DNA of 64,000 nt from Vicinamibacteria bacterium (GTDB taxonomy: Bacteria; Acidobacteriota; Vicinamibacteria; Marinacidobacterales; Marinacidobacteraceae). Every line of letters starts with the position of its first letter. Positions within the stretch are counted from its first letter, which is position 1. A program made the translations under genes and the position numbers. Below the pieces are notes generated by a model, which saw only the letters and a program-made list of their open reading frames with translations, did no database searches and was not told the origin of the DNA. This document shows positions 45,511 through 54,348 of the stretch, one piece after another. The DNA lies in NCBI GenBank assembly GCA_963422395.1, contig OY729431.1, forward strand, positions 800,001 through 864,000. The letters are read 5' to 3'.

Positions 45511-47694
45511 ATGAACGGGGTGCGCTCCGCCGCCGGTATCCTCGCGCTCTTCGGCGCCGCGTTCCCCGCGGCGGGGTTCGAGGGCCGCGCGCTGCTCCCG
45601 GACGGCAGCCCGGCGGCGGGCGCGCTGGTCCAGATCCTCGGGCACCCGGGTTCCGCGACCACCGACGCCGACGGACGCTTCGAATGGCTGCCGGACCCGG
45701 CGCTTCCCTTCCAGGTCCTCGTAGTGCTGCCCGGAGAGCGCTACACGACACCGGTCTTCGTGGAATCGCTCGACGAACCGGTCGAGATCCGGGTGGAGAT
45801 CCGGGTCTTTCGCGAGAGCGTCACGATCACGAGCGGCGCGGTGCCGCACACCGAGGCTCCCCCCGGCAGTGCTCCGGCGGTCGTTTCGGGGGAGGCGATC
45901 CGCACTCGGCAGGCGCCGCGGCTGACCGATGTGCTGGAGGCGGTGCCGGGGAGCGCCCGCAGCAGCGACCTCCATGCCGGAGTCCCCTCGATCCGGGGTC
46001 TCTCGCGCGGACGGACGGTGCTGCTTCTCGACGGGGCGCGGGTCACCACGGAGCGCCGCGCCGGCGCGAGCGCGACCTTCCTCGATCCCTTCTTCCTCGA
46101 GGCAGTGGAAGTGGTGCGGGGGCCGTCGTCGGTGGCGTACGGGTCCGATGCTTTCGGTGGAGTGATCCACGCCCGCACGAAGCGCCCGATCCCGGGGGAC
46201 CCCCTCGCCGTCCGCGGCCGCGCCACCTGGGGAGCGGGCCTCCCGGAAGCCAGCTTCGGGGCGGAGGTCTCCGGCAGCGCGTTCGGCACCGGCCTGCTCT
46301 TCCAGACGAGGCGGCGGGTCTTCTCCGAATACGAGAGTCCCGAAGGGACGGTGCCCGGCTCGGGAGCCGAGGACTTCGGGTTCCTGTTGCGCGGCGCCCG
46401 TGAACTGGGCGGCGGTCTGCTCAGCGCCTCGCTCCAGTACGACGCCGGCCGACGGATCGGCCGTCCGCGCCGGACCGAGTCCTTCGTCTCCTATCCGAAC
46501 GAAGACTCTCTGCGGCTGGTCACCGACTACCGCTTCCTGCCCCGCTGGGGTTTCGCCCGGCTCGACATGACCGGGTTCCTCGGAGCGCACCGACTCGAGA
46601 CCCGCCGCGAACTCGCGGCCGAGGCTGCCGAATCCGAAGTCGCTGCGCACGACTTCATGTTCCGCGGCCGCGGCATCCGCCCGCTCGGGCAGGGCCGGCT
46701 GGAACTGGGCGCGGAATTCCTCTCCCGCTTCGACATCTATTCCGAGACCCGGGTGTCCGGGTTCGTCTCCTTTCCCGAAATGCCGCCGGAGCGGTCCGGG
46801 CTCGACGGTGCCCGGCGCAGCGAGGCATCGCTCTACGGTCACGCAGAAACGCCGCTCGCTTCCCGTGTCTCCGGAAGCGCCGGTGCGCGTCTTTCGGCGG
46901 TCACCACGCGCTCGGGGGCTGCCCCCAGTGCTGACCGGGCCGGCACCAGCCACGGCGCTCTCAGCGGTTTTCTCGCGCTGCGCGCCGACCTCCTCCGGGG
47001 AGTGGCTCTCACCGGCCAGATTTCGCGCGGTTTCCGGGATCCCACGCTTTCGGACCGCTACTACATCGGCCTCTCCGGGCGGGGGCTCGTCCACGGCAAC
47101 CCGCGCCTCCTTCCGGAGCGGGCGCTCCAGGCGGACTTCTCTCTCCGCCTCGACCGGAACGGGGTCGTAGGCGGCCTCTACGCCTACCGCTATCGGATCA
47201 CCGACCTCGTCGAGCGTTACGCCGATGGCGTAGATCTCTACTTCTTCCGCAATCGCGGTGAGGCGCACCTTTCGGGGCTCGAACTCGAGATCCAGCTCGG
47301 TACGCCATCCGACCCGTTCCGTTTCGACCTCGCCGCCGGCCTCATCCGCGGGACCGCCGAGGACGGAAGCGCCCTCGACGGCGTCCCGCCGGCGAACTTC
47401 CGGGCCGGCCTCCGCCGCCGGCTCCACACCCGCTCCTTCGCCGAGGTCGTCTTTCTCGGTTTCACCGCCGACCGGAGTCCGGGGCCAACCGAGGCCGCAT
47501 CGGAAGCCTACGCCCGGCTCGACGCCGCGCTCGGCATTCCGCTCGCCGGAGGCGCCGAACTGCGTCTCTCCGGGAGGAATCTGCTGAACGCCGCCTACCC
47601 GATCAGCGCTGACGCCCGCGCCGTGCTCGCCCCTGGACGCAGCGTGGTCGGCACCATCGTCTGGACGCTGGGTTCGGATCGCGCGGCCCCCTGA
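45511..47694 (+). CDS. TonB-dependent outer membrane receptor
   Basis: Signal peptide; plug SIRGL...LLDG...VEVVRGPSSVAYGSDAFGGVI; L.PERA; NLLNAAY...PGRS. Confidence 0.9.
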   Translation: MNGVRSAAGILALFGAAFPAAGFEGRALLPDGSPAAGALVQILGHPGSATTDADGRFEWLPDPALPFQVLVVLPGERYTTPVFVESLDEPVEIRVEIRVFRESVTITSGAVPHTEAPPGSAPAVVSGEAIRTRQAPRLTDVLEAVPGSARSSDLHAGVPSIRGLSRGRTVLLLDGARVTTERRAGASATFLDPFFLEAVEVVRGPSSVAYGSDAFGGVIHARTKRPIPGDPLAVRGRATWGAGLPEASFGAEVSGSAFGTGLLFQTRRRVFSEYESPEGTVPGSGAEDFGFLLRGARELGGGLLSASLQYDAGRRIGRPRRTESFVSYPNEDSLRLVTDYRFLPRWGFARLDMTGFLGAHRLETRRELAAEAAESEVAAHDFMFRGRGIRPLGQGRLELGAEFLSRFDIYSETRVSGFVSFPEMPPERSGLDGARRSEASLYGHAETPLASRVSGSAGARLSAVTTRSGAAPSADRAGTSHGALSGFLALRADLLRGVALTGQISRGFRDPTLSDRYYIGLSGRGLVHGNPRLLPERALQADFSLRLDRNGVVGGLYAYRYRITDLVERYADGVDLYFFRNRGEAHLSGLELEIQLGTPSDPFRFDLAAGLIRGTAEDGSALDGVPPANFRAGLRRRLHTRSFAEVVFLGFTADRSPGPTEAASEAYARLDAALGIPLAGGAELRLSGRNLLNAAYPISADARAVLAPGRSVVGTIVWTLGSDRAAP

Positions 47695-47725
47695 CCGAGA
47701 CCTGACCGGGAGCACCGGGCCGGAG

Positions 47726-48355
47726 TCACGGCTCGCGCCGGACTCCGAATCGCCCGAGGGAAATGCGGCACGGCTTCGGGTTCAGGATCGTTTCGGTACC
47801 GAGATCGGCCGTCGTTCTGATGAACGCAAAGCCCCGGATCTCTGCGTCCGGGAAGGCTTCGCGCAGCCGAGCGGCAGCGCCGAGCATCGTTGCACCCCGC
47901 GTCAACACATCGTCGACAACTGTGATTCTCCCGGGCACATCCGAAACACCCGCGGCGACCCCGAGAGAGTCGTAGTGATGCTGGTGCGTCGGACGCTGAC
48001 CGGGTAGTGCATACGCCGACTTGGGGACGCGGCACTCTCGAACCAGCCGGATGCTCGTTCGTCGCCCCAGACCTTGCCCAACGAGCCCCTCGACGAGGAG
48101 CTCACCGACCCATAGGTCGCTTTCGTTTCGGCGACGAGGTGCGTGCCCCGGCATCGGTAGGAGGACGGAGTCGGAATCAAGGACCTTCCGTTCTCGGGCG
48201 ATGGCGCCGATCTTCCCGATCGCCCGACCGATGGCCTTTTCGTCACCGCGTTTCAGTGCATGGCAGAACTGCCTCGACTGCTTGGCGACTGTGCTATCCC
48301 CTCGGGGTGAATACGCGAAGGCGGTGTCGCAGACGAGCTCAGAGAACGAGTCCAT
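47726..48355 (-). CDS. Stand-alone phosphoribosyltransferase (ComF-like, no Zn ribbon)
   Basis: LLPMPGH and PRPP-binding loop VVDDVLTRGATM; overlaps the DprA-like gene by 17 nt. Confidence 0.82.
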   Translation of the reverse strand: MDSFSELVCDTAFAYSPRGDSTVAKQSRQFCHALKRGDEKAIGRAIGKIGAIARERKVLDSDSVLLPMPGHAPRRRNESDLWVGELLVEGLVGQGLGRRTSIRLVRECRVPKSAYALPGQRPTHQHHYDSLGVAAGVSDVPGRITVVDDVLTRGATMLGAAARLREAFPDAEIRGFAFIRTTADLGTETILNPKPCRISLGRFGVRREP

Positions 48356-49079
48356 CGATGTGGGTCCGCTCGGGCACCGCGTCGAGCCAATAACCGACCT
48401 CGTTCAGCGAAAGCGGTTCGGCTCCGTAACGGATCTGTTCCAGGGTCCACTCGGCGGGGTTTTCGGCCAGCGGCTTCAGAATCGCCAGATCGCGGCCCAG
48501 CCGGATCGCTTCCCATCCCTGGTGCCGGGTCCCGCTTCCGGGTCCCGCAGCGACGATCAGGGTGGCGTCGCACAGGAGCGCCATAGTGCGGTTGCGCCTG
48601 ACGAAGTTGCCGGGCTTCACCGGGGCGCCGTCGTCGAACTGGGAGACGGCGAGATGCTCCTTCATGATGCGGTGCTGGAGTGCCTCGTTCGACTTCGGGT
48701 AAACCTCCGAGAGCCCGGTTCCGAGGACGGCCACCGTCCGGCCGCCGCATTCGACGGCTGTTTCGTGCGCGACGGTATCGATCCCTTCTGCGAGCCCGCT
48801 CAGCACGGTGATGCCTCGATCCACGATTTCCTTGGTCAGGAGGTAAGCCCGTTCCTGCTCGTCCCGACTGGCGCGGCGCGAGCCCACGACGGAGATCCGC
48901 CGCCCTCTCGAAAGGAGTGAGCGGTCCCCTGCCAGATGGAGGTGTCGGGGTGCGTTCTTCTGCTCCACCTCGTTGAGCGGCCCCAGAACCTCCCGGATAT
49001 CGATCCGGCTCCCGTCGGCGGGCTGCGGGGGCGGCGGTGCGCCGGTCCCGAACAGGGCGCGGCTTCGGGCCTCGGCCAT
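48339..49079 (-). CDS. Short DprA/Smf-like (SLOG Rossmann-fold) protein
   Basis: ISVVGSR, VLSGLAEGIDTVAH, TVAVLGTG...YP, NFVRRNRTMA, SGT. At 246 aa it lacks the extra domains of competence DprA. Confidence 0.88.
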   Translation of the reverse strand: MAEARSRALFGTGAPPPPQPADGSRIDIREVLGPLNEVEQKNAPRHLHLAGDRSLLSRGRRISVVGSRRASRDEQERAYLLTKEIVDRGITVLSGLAEGIDTVAHETAVECGGRTVAVLGTGLSEVYPKSNEALQHRIMKEHLAVSQFDDGAPVKPGNFVRRNRTMALLCDATLIVAAGPGSGTRHQGWEAIRLGRDLAILKPLAENPAEWTLEQIRYGAEPLSLNEVGYWLDAVPERTHIDGLVL

Positions 49080-49099
49080 TGGGGTTTTCGGGGCGGTGG

Positions 49100-50377
49100 T
49101 CAGGCGGTGATCAGGGGGCGGAGGGCCTTCAGGCCGGCGAGGGCGCGTTCGATGTGTTCCGCAGTGTTGTAGAGGTGGGGAGAGAGGCGGAAGCCGCCGG
49201 AAGTCGAGCCGGCGATGCCGAACTCCTCGTACATCCGGGAGAAGACTTCGCGGCGGGAAGCGGCGGGAACCTCGAGGATCACCACCCCGGCGGAAAGTGC
49301 CTCGTCCATCGGGGTCACGAGAGCGATTCCGATTTCGCGGATGCCTTCCTTGAGGCGGCGCGCCAGCGCCAGCATCCGTTTCTCGATCCGGGCGGGACCG
49401 ATCTCACCGTGGAAGGCGGCGGTCAGGCCCATGGCGGCGAGGCAGGCGTCGTCGCGCTGGCCCATGGATTCGAATTTCCTCGCGCCTGCGGGGTCGGGGT
49501 CGGTGTCCCCGCCCCAGCCGGGAGCGACGATCGAGGGCCAGATCTTCGGGATGACGGCTGAGCGGACGGCGAGCACCCCGCACTCCTTGGGTCCGCAGAA
49601 CCATTTATGGGAGCTGCTTGCGAAGGTATCGGCGCCGAGGGCCGGGACATCCACCGAGAGTCCGCCGAAACTCTGGGCGCCGTCCACATGTACATGGATT
49701 CCCTGCTCCCGAGCGGCCTCGGCGATCCGGCGGACGGGAAGCCGGACACCCGATACATTCGAAACCTGGGTGATCGCGAGCACCCGGGTATTCGGCTGGA
49801 ACGCCTCGAGGAACGGAGCGGCGAGATCCGCTTCACCGGACGGCGCCTTCGGGACCCCCACCCGGCGTACCGAGAATCCCGAGCGTGCGGCGCGGACATC
49901 CCACGCCACCTGGTTCGTGGGGTGGTTCTGGTCCCAGAGCAGCACTTCGTCGCCCTCGCCGAGGGCGAGCCCCGCGTTCACGATGTTGTTCGCTTCGCTG
50001 GTGTTGCGGACGAGCGCGAGTTCGTCGGCGTGGACCCCAAGCTGCGCCGCCACCGCTTCCCGGGCGGCCTCGCGCAGGTCGTTGAACTTGCCGCGGTTCT
50101 GGAACGAGCAGTCGCGGTCGATATCGCGGGTGAGCTCGCTCACCCGGTCGGCTACCGCCCGCGGCGAGGGGCACAGGTTCGCGGCGTTCATCGGCACCCG
50201 GTCTTCCTCGAAGGGAAACGCACGGCGCACCTGACGGAAGAGGGCCTCGTCGTCCGCCGCTGCGCTCCGGGCCAGCGGGGCGAGAGCCGGGAACGCCGCC
50301 GCTGCCCGCAGGAAAGCGCGCCGGCTGGTGGTGTTCCCGGTGGGATTCCTCGTCGGTTTCTTCGGGCGGATCGTCAT
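49100..50377 (-). CDS. Tat-exported class V PLP-dependent aminotransferase (isopenicillin N epimerase-like)
   Basis: Tat motif SRRAFL; RNTSEAN, VDGAQSFG, SSHKWFCGP, RLSPHLYNT. Confidence 0.9.
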   Translation of the reverse strand: MTIRPKKPTRNPTGNTTSRRAFLRAAAAFPALAPLARSAAADDEALFRQVRRAFPFEEDRVPMNAANLCPSPRAVADRVSELTRDIDRDCSFQNRGKFNDLREAAREAVAAQLGVHADELALVRNTSEANNIVNAGLALGEGDEVLLWDQNHPTNQVAWDVRAARSGFSVRRVGVPKAPSGEADLAAPFLEAFQPNTRVLAITQVSNVSGVRLPVRRIAEAAREQGIHVHVDGAQSFGGLSVDVPALGADTFASSSHKWFCGPKECGVLAVRSAVIPKIWPSIVAPGWGGDTDPDPAGARKFESMGQRDDACLAAMGLTAAFHGEIGPARIEKRMLALARRLKEGIREIGIALVTPMDEALSAGVVILEVPAASRREVFSRMYEEFGIAGSTSGGFRLSPHLYNTAEHIERALAGLKALRPLITA

Positions 50378-50400
50378 GGGGAGCCCCTCCGCGAGCGAGT

Positions 50401-51588
50401 CTAGCGGGTTGTGGGGGAGGCGGTCGGCTGGCCTTCCTCCGGCATTTCGGCGCTGCCGCTGCTGATGATCCGGCGGAAGAGGAGAGGGCAGCTGATCGAG
50501 GTCACTGCCGCGATCAGAACCGCGATGGCGCGGTCCTGCTGGTCGAGGAGGCCGAGTTCCAGGCCCACCGTCGCCACCGCTACCACGATGCTCAGCCGGG
50601 CGGAAAGCAGGAACCCGGCAGCCGCCGTGGCGCGCAGCGAAAAGCCCCAGATCAGGTAGAGGAGCGCGGGGAAGAACTTGACCAGGAAGGCCACCACGAT
50701 GATGACCCCGGCGCGCGCCAACACCTCACGGTCGAGCAGGGTTTCGACATCGAACCGGATGCCCACATTGATGAAGAAGATGGGAATCAGGAAGCCCCAG
50801 GAAATTCCCGAGAGCTGGCTGCGAAGGCCTTCCGGAGGCTGGAAGAGCAGGGCGAAGACGCCCCCGGCGAGAAACGCGGCGAGGATCGGCTCCACATCGA
50901 GCGCGGTGGAGAGGCCCACGAAAATGAGCAGCAGGGCGAGCGCGCCGCGGATCCCCATTTCCTCGGGGTCGTCACGCCGGAAGAGGCGCGCCGCCCGCCG
51001 CGGATGCCACCAGAGGAGGAGCTTCATCACCCGGAGCACGAGCACCACCGCAAAGAGCAGTGCCGGCCCGCCGACGAGCTCGATCCCCCAGCCGTCGCGC
51101 GCCCAGATCGTGATCTCGGCGACCAGCAGCAGGGTGACCAGATCGGCGATCACCGCTGCGAACAGGATCGCCTGCCCGAGGCTCTTCGTGGTGATCCCGG
51201 TGCTTCGGAGGCTCGGGAGCACGAGCGCCACTGAGGTGGTGGCGAGTACGGGCACGTAGAAGATGGCGAGGCCGAGCCATGCAGTGGCGAGGAAGGACAG
51301 CGTGAGCGTTCCGGCGAAGACGGCGAGCGCTTGCAGGACGGGACGGGCCCCGCCCCGCCGCAGCGCCGGGAAGTCGATCTCGAACCCGGCCAGGAACATC
51401 AGCATGAGGAGACCGAGTTCGCCGATCTGATCCAGCAGCTCAGTGCCGTGGACGAGGCCGAGCAGTGGTCCGACGACGACTCCGAACAGGATCTCGAGCA
51501 CCACCGCAGGTGCCCGGACCCAGCTGGCGAGGGCAGGCAGGATGAAGGCGGCGATGCCGATGACCACCAGCGTCCCGGAACCGTCCAT
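50401..51588 (-). CDS. CPA2 cation:proton antiporter
   Basis: VVLEILFG, LMFLAGFEID, ATTSVA, VIAD, LAAFLAG, FLIPIFFINVG. Confidence 0.88.
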   Translation of the reverse strand: MDGSGTLVVIGIAAFILPALASWVRAPAVVLEILFGVVVGPLLGLVHGTELLDQIGELGLLMLMFLAGFEIDFPALRRGGARPVLQALAVFAGTLTLSFLATAWLGLAIFYVPVLATTSVALVLPSLRSTGITTKSLGQAILFAAVIADLVTLLLVAEITIWARDGWGIELVGGPALLFAVVLVLRVMKLLLWWHPRRAARLFRRDDPEEMGIRGALALLLIFVGLSTALDVEPILAAFLAGGVFALLFQPPEGLRSQLSGISWGFLIPIFFINVGIRFDVETLLDREVLARAGVIIVVAFLVKFFPALLYLIWGFSLRATAAAGFLLSARLSIVVAVATVGLELGLLDQQDRAIAVLIAAVTSISCPLLFRRIISSGSAEMPEEGQPTASPTTR

Positions 51589-51657
51589 CAGCTCTTCACC
51601 ATCCGGAATCGCTGCCTGATGCGCCCCCGTTCTTCTTTTTCCAGGGGGGAGGGGGAG

Positions 51658-52947
51658 TCAAGATACTCCGAGCACCGCAGCGGCGGCCAGCGCGAGCGCG
51701 CCAGTGGCGCGGACCAGTTCTTCCACCGGGCAGTGTTCGTCGGGTCGGTGCGCCAGTTCGAGAATTCCCGGTCCATAGGCGACGCAATCCGGGATCCCGC
51801 CGAGACGGGCCACATGCTTGTGGTCGTAGGTGCCCGGGCTCGCCACCTCCTCCACTTCCTCGCCGAGAGCCCGCCGCACTCCGAACCGCACCGCTTCGGT
51901 AGCGAGGGAGCCAGCCGGGGTGCGAACCGGCTCCACGGTGAGCAGCTCCTCGATTCGGTAGCGCCGGTCGGAGCCGCGCGAGGCGCAGTCGGCGACCCGG
52001 CGCGCCACCTCGGCGCGCACCGCCTCGAGGCCTTCCTCCGGCAGGAAGCGCCGATCCACCACGACCTCGGCGCGGTCTGGCACTTGCGGGCTCTCGATCC
52101 CCGCTCCGGCTTGACCGCCCCGGATGCTGTTCACATTCACCGTGGCGGCGCGGGCACGCTCGGGAACCACCGGGAGCGCCGTGCGGCGGGCGGCCAGGGC
52201 GGCGGTCCAATCGGTGCGGATCGCTTCGAGCAGGGGAGCGAGCTGCAGGATCGCGTTCTTGCCGAGGAAGGGCATGCTGCCGTGCGCAGTCTCGCCTTCC
52301 GAGATCACCCGGAACCAGTACACCCCGCGGTGGCCGACGCACACCCGCCGCGAACCGAAGGGCTCGGGAATGATGACTGCGTCGGTGCCTGGAGCGATCA
52401 GACCCGATTCCACGAGCCAGGCGACGCCGGCGTGGCCGCCGCTCTCCTCGTCCACGGTGCCCGAGATCTCGAGGACGCCGCCCAGGCGGGCTCCTGCCCG
52501 GCGGAGTGCCTCGGCGGCGAACACCGCGGCGGCGATGCCTCCTTTCATGTCGCTCGCCCCCCGCCCCCAGACCGATCCGTCCCGGATCTCCCCGGAGAAG
52601 GGGTCTCCGGTCCAGCCCTCGCCCGCGGGGACCACATCGAAGTGGCCGTTCAGGTGCAGCCGCCTCCCACCCGCGCCCCGGCGGCCGATGACATTGCAGC
52701 GCGGGTGTTCCTCCGATCCGGGTGGACAGACCCGGTCGGGTGGGTCGTCGTACTCCACGGCGAAACCGCAGGCTCCGATTCGCTCGCCGATCCGTTCGGC
52801 GCAGATCCGGTAATTCTCTCCGGGAGGATTTTCGGTGGGGATCCGGATCAGTTCCCCGGTGAACGCGGCGATCTCCTCGCCCGCCCGTTCGACCTCCCGG
52901 AGAATGCGCCTCTCGAGATCGGAAGCGACCGGGAAGAGCGGCGGCAT
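51658..52947 (-). CDS. M20 family ArgE/DapE-like metallopeptidase
   Basis: NGHFDVVP, GRGASDMKGG, DEESGG, IIPEP, AHGSMP, YGPG...AHRPDE. Confidence 0.9.
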   Translation of the reverse strand: MPPLFPVASDLERRILREVERAGEEIAAFTGELIRIPTENPPGENYRICAERIGERIGACGFAVEYDDPPDRVCPPGSEEHPRCNVIGRRGAGGRRLHLNGHFDVVPAGEGWTGDPFSGEIRDGSVWGRGASDMKGGIAAAVFAAEALRRAGARLGGVLEISGTVDEESGGHAGVAWLVESGLIAPGTDAVIIPEPFGSRRVCVGHRGVYWFRVISEGETAHGSMPFLGKNAILQLAPLLEAIRTDWTAALAARRTALPVVPERARAATVNVNSIRGGQAGAGIESPQVPDRAEVVVDRRFLPEEGLEAVRAEVARRVADCASRGSDRRYRIEELLTVEPVRTPAGSLATEAVRFGVRRALGEEVEEVASPGTYDHKHVARLGGIPDCVAYGPGILELAHRPDEHCPVEELVRATGALALAAAAVLGVS

Positions 52948-53043
52948 CGGGCGGCGAGGATACCGGTCTCGGGCTTGGGCTGTGCGCTCCGAGAGCAGGG
53001 CGTCAGGGATGGAGTCGGGCGTTTTCGGGGGAGGAGAGAGGAT

Positions 53044-53111
53044 GCCCCGCTCCCGAAGCGCCCGGCGCTTCGCGCCGGGAATCCGAACTGCTGCCGGAGG
53101 CAGCGAGTTCG
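53044..53111 (+). repeat. Dispersed partial copy of the 252-bp repeat unit (first two hairpins)
   Basis: gccccgctcccgaagcgcccggcgcttcgcgccgggaatccgaactgctgccggaggcagcgagttcg is nearly identical to 57842-57909. Confidence 0.92.
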
Positions 53112-53178
53112 ATTGGACGGGTGCTCGGTTTTCTCCTCCCGGTCTCGTTCGGAGCCGGGCTCCTAGAATCTCGCTGCT

Positions 53179-54318
53179 GTGCTCGTCGCTGCCGCCTTGC
53201 CGGCTGCTGCTGCTGCTCTGCTGCTGGCGCCGATCGCTCGGGCGCAGGGGCCTCTGCCGGATCCTGGCTTGGTTGCGGTTCCCGGGATCGAGGTCGGTCA
53301 CCATGAACTCGACGGCCTTCCCACTGGATGCACCGTGGTGCTCGCGCGCGAAGGCGCGGTCGCTGGAGTGGATGTGCGGGGTTCGGCTCCCGGAACCCGC
53401 GAGACCGATCTGCTCGATCCGGTGAACACCGTCCAGCAGGTCCACGCGGTGGTGCTCTCCGGGGGCAGCGCCTTCGGGCTCGCCGCCGCCACCGGAACGG
53501 TGCGGTTCCTCGAAGAGGCCGGGATCGGCTATCCGGTGGGGCCGTTCCGCGTGCCGATCGTCCCGGCGGCGATCCTCTTCGACCTGGGAGTTCAGGGGCA
53601 GGGTGCCGGCGGAGCAGCGCCGGTCCGTCCCGGCCCCGAGTGCGGCTACCGGGCAGCGGCGGCCGCTGCCTCGACCCCGGTTCGGCGCGGCAACGCGGGC
53701 GCTGGAGCTGGGGCCACCGTAGGGAAGATCCGGGGGATGGCGCGGGCGATGAAGGGCGGGCTCGGATCGGCCTCGCTGCGGTTCCCCGATGGGCTCGTGG
53801 TCGCGGCGCTGGTCGCGGTGAACGCGGTGGGAGATGTGGTGGACCCGGCGACCGGTGCGGTGATAGCCGGAGTGCGGAGACCTGGCGGCGGGCTGGCGGA
53901 CGCCCGCCGGCTGCTGCTCATGCCGGATTCTCGAGAAGACGCCGGCGCGGCGCCCGCCGGCGGGAACACCACCATCGGAGTGGTGGCGGTCAGCGCGCCG
54001 CTCACCAAGCCGGAAGCGGCGAAGGTCGCGCAGATGGCGCATGACGGCCTCGCCCGGACGATCTATCCGGCGCACACCCCCGCAGACGGCGACACGCTCT
54101 TCGCGCTCTCGACGGCACAGAGTTCGAGGGCGCGCCTCGGCAGGATCGGGGCGCTCGCTGCCGAGGCAGTCGCCCGCGCCGTCCTCGATGCGGTGCGAAC
54201 GGCGGAATCGCTGCCCGATCTCCCGGCGGTGCGCGACCTCCAGCCGGATCCCGAGGAGATGCCCGGCCCCGAAGGAGATTCCCCTCCTGCCGGGGCGGCG
54301 TCGGCAGCTCGTGGATGA
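53179..54318 (+). CDS. P1/S58 family peptidase (DmpA-like Ntn hydrolase)
   Basis: TGCTVV, DVRGSAPGTRETDLL, LSGGSAFGL, GAGAGAT, NTTIGVVA, HTPADGDT. Confidence 0.9.
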   Translation: MLVAAALPAAAAALLLAPIARAQGPLPDPGLVAVPGIEVGHHELDGLPTGCTVVLAREGAVAGVDVRGSAPGTRETDLLDPVNTVQQVHAVVLSGGSAFGLAAATGTVRFLEEAGIGYPVGPFRVPIVPAAILFDLGVQGQGAGGAAPVRPGPECGYRAAAAAASTPVRRGNAGAGAGATVGKIRGMARAMKGGLGSASLRFPDGLVVAALVAVNAVGDVVDPATGAVIAGVRRPGGGLADARRLLLMPDSREDAGAAPAGGNTTIGVVAVSAPLTKPEAAKVAQMAHDGLARTIYPAHTPADGDTLFALSTAQSSRARLGRIGALAAEAVARAVLDAVRTAESLPDLPAVRDLQPDPEEMPGPEGDSPPAGAASAARG

Positions 54319-54348
54319 AGTGACTTCGTCCACAGGCTGCTAAGTCGG

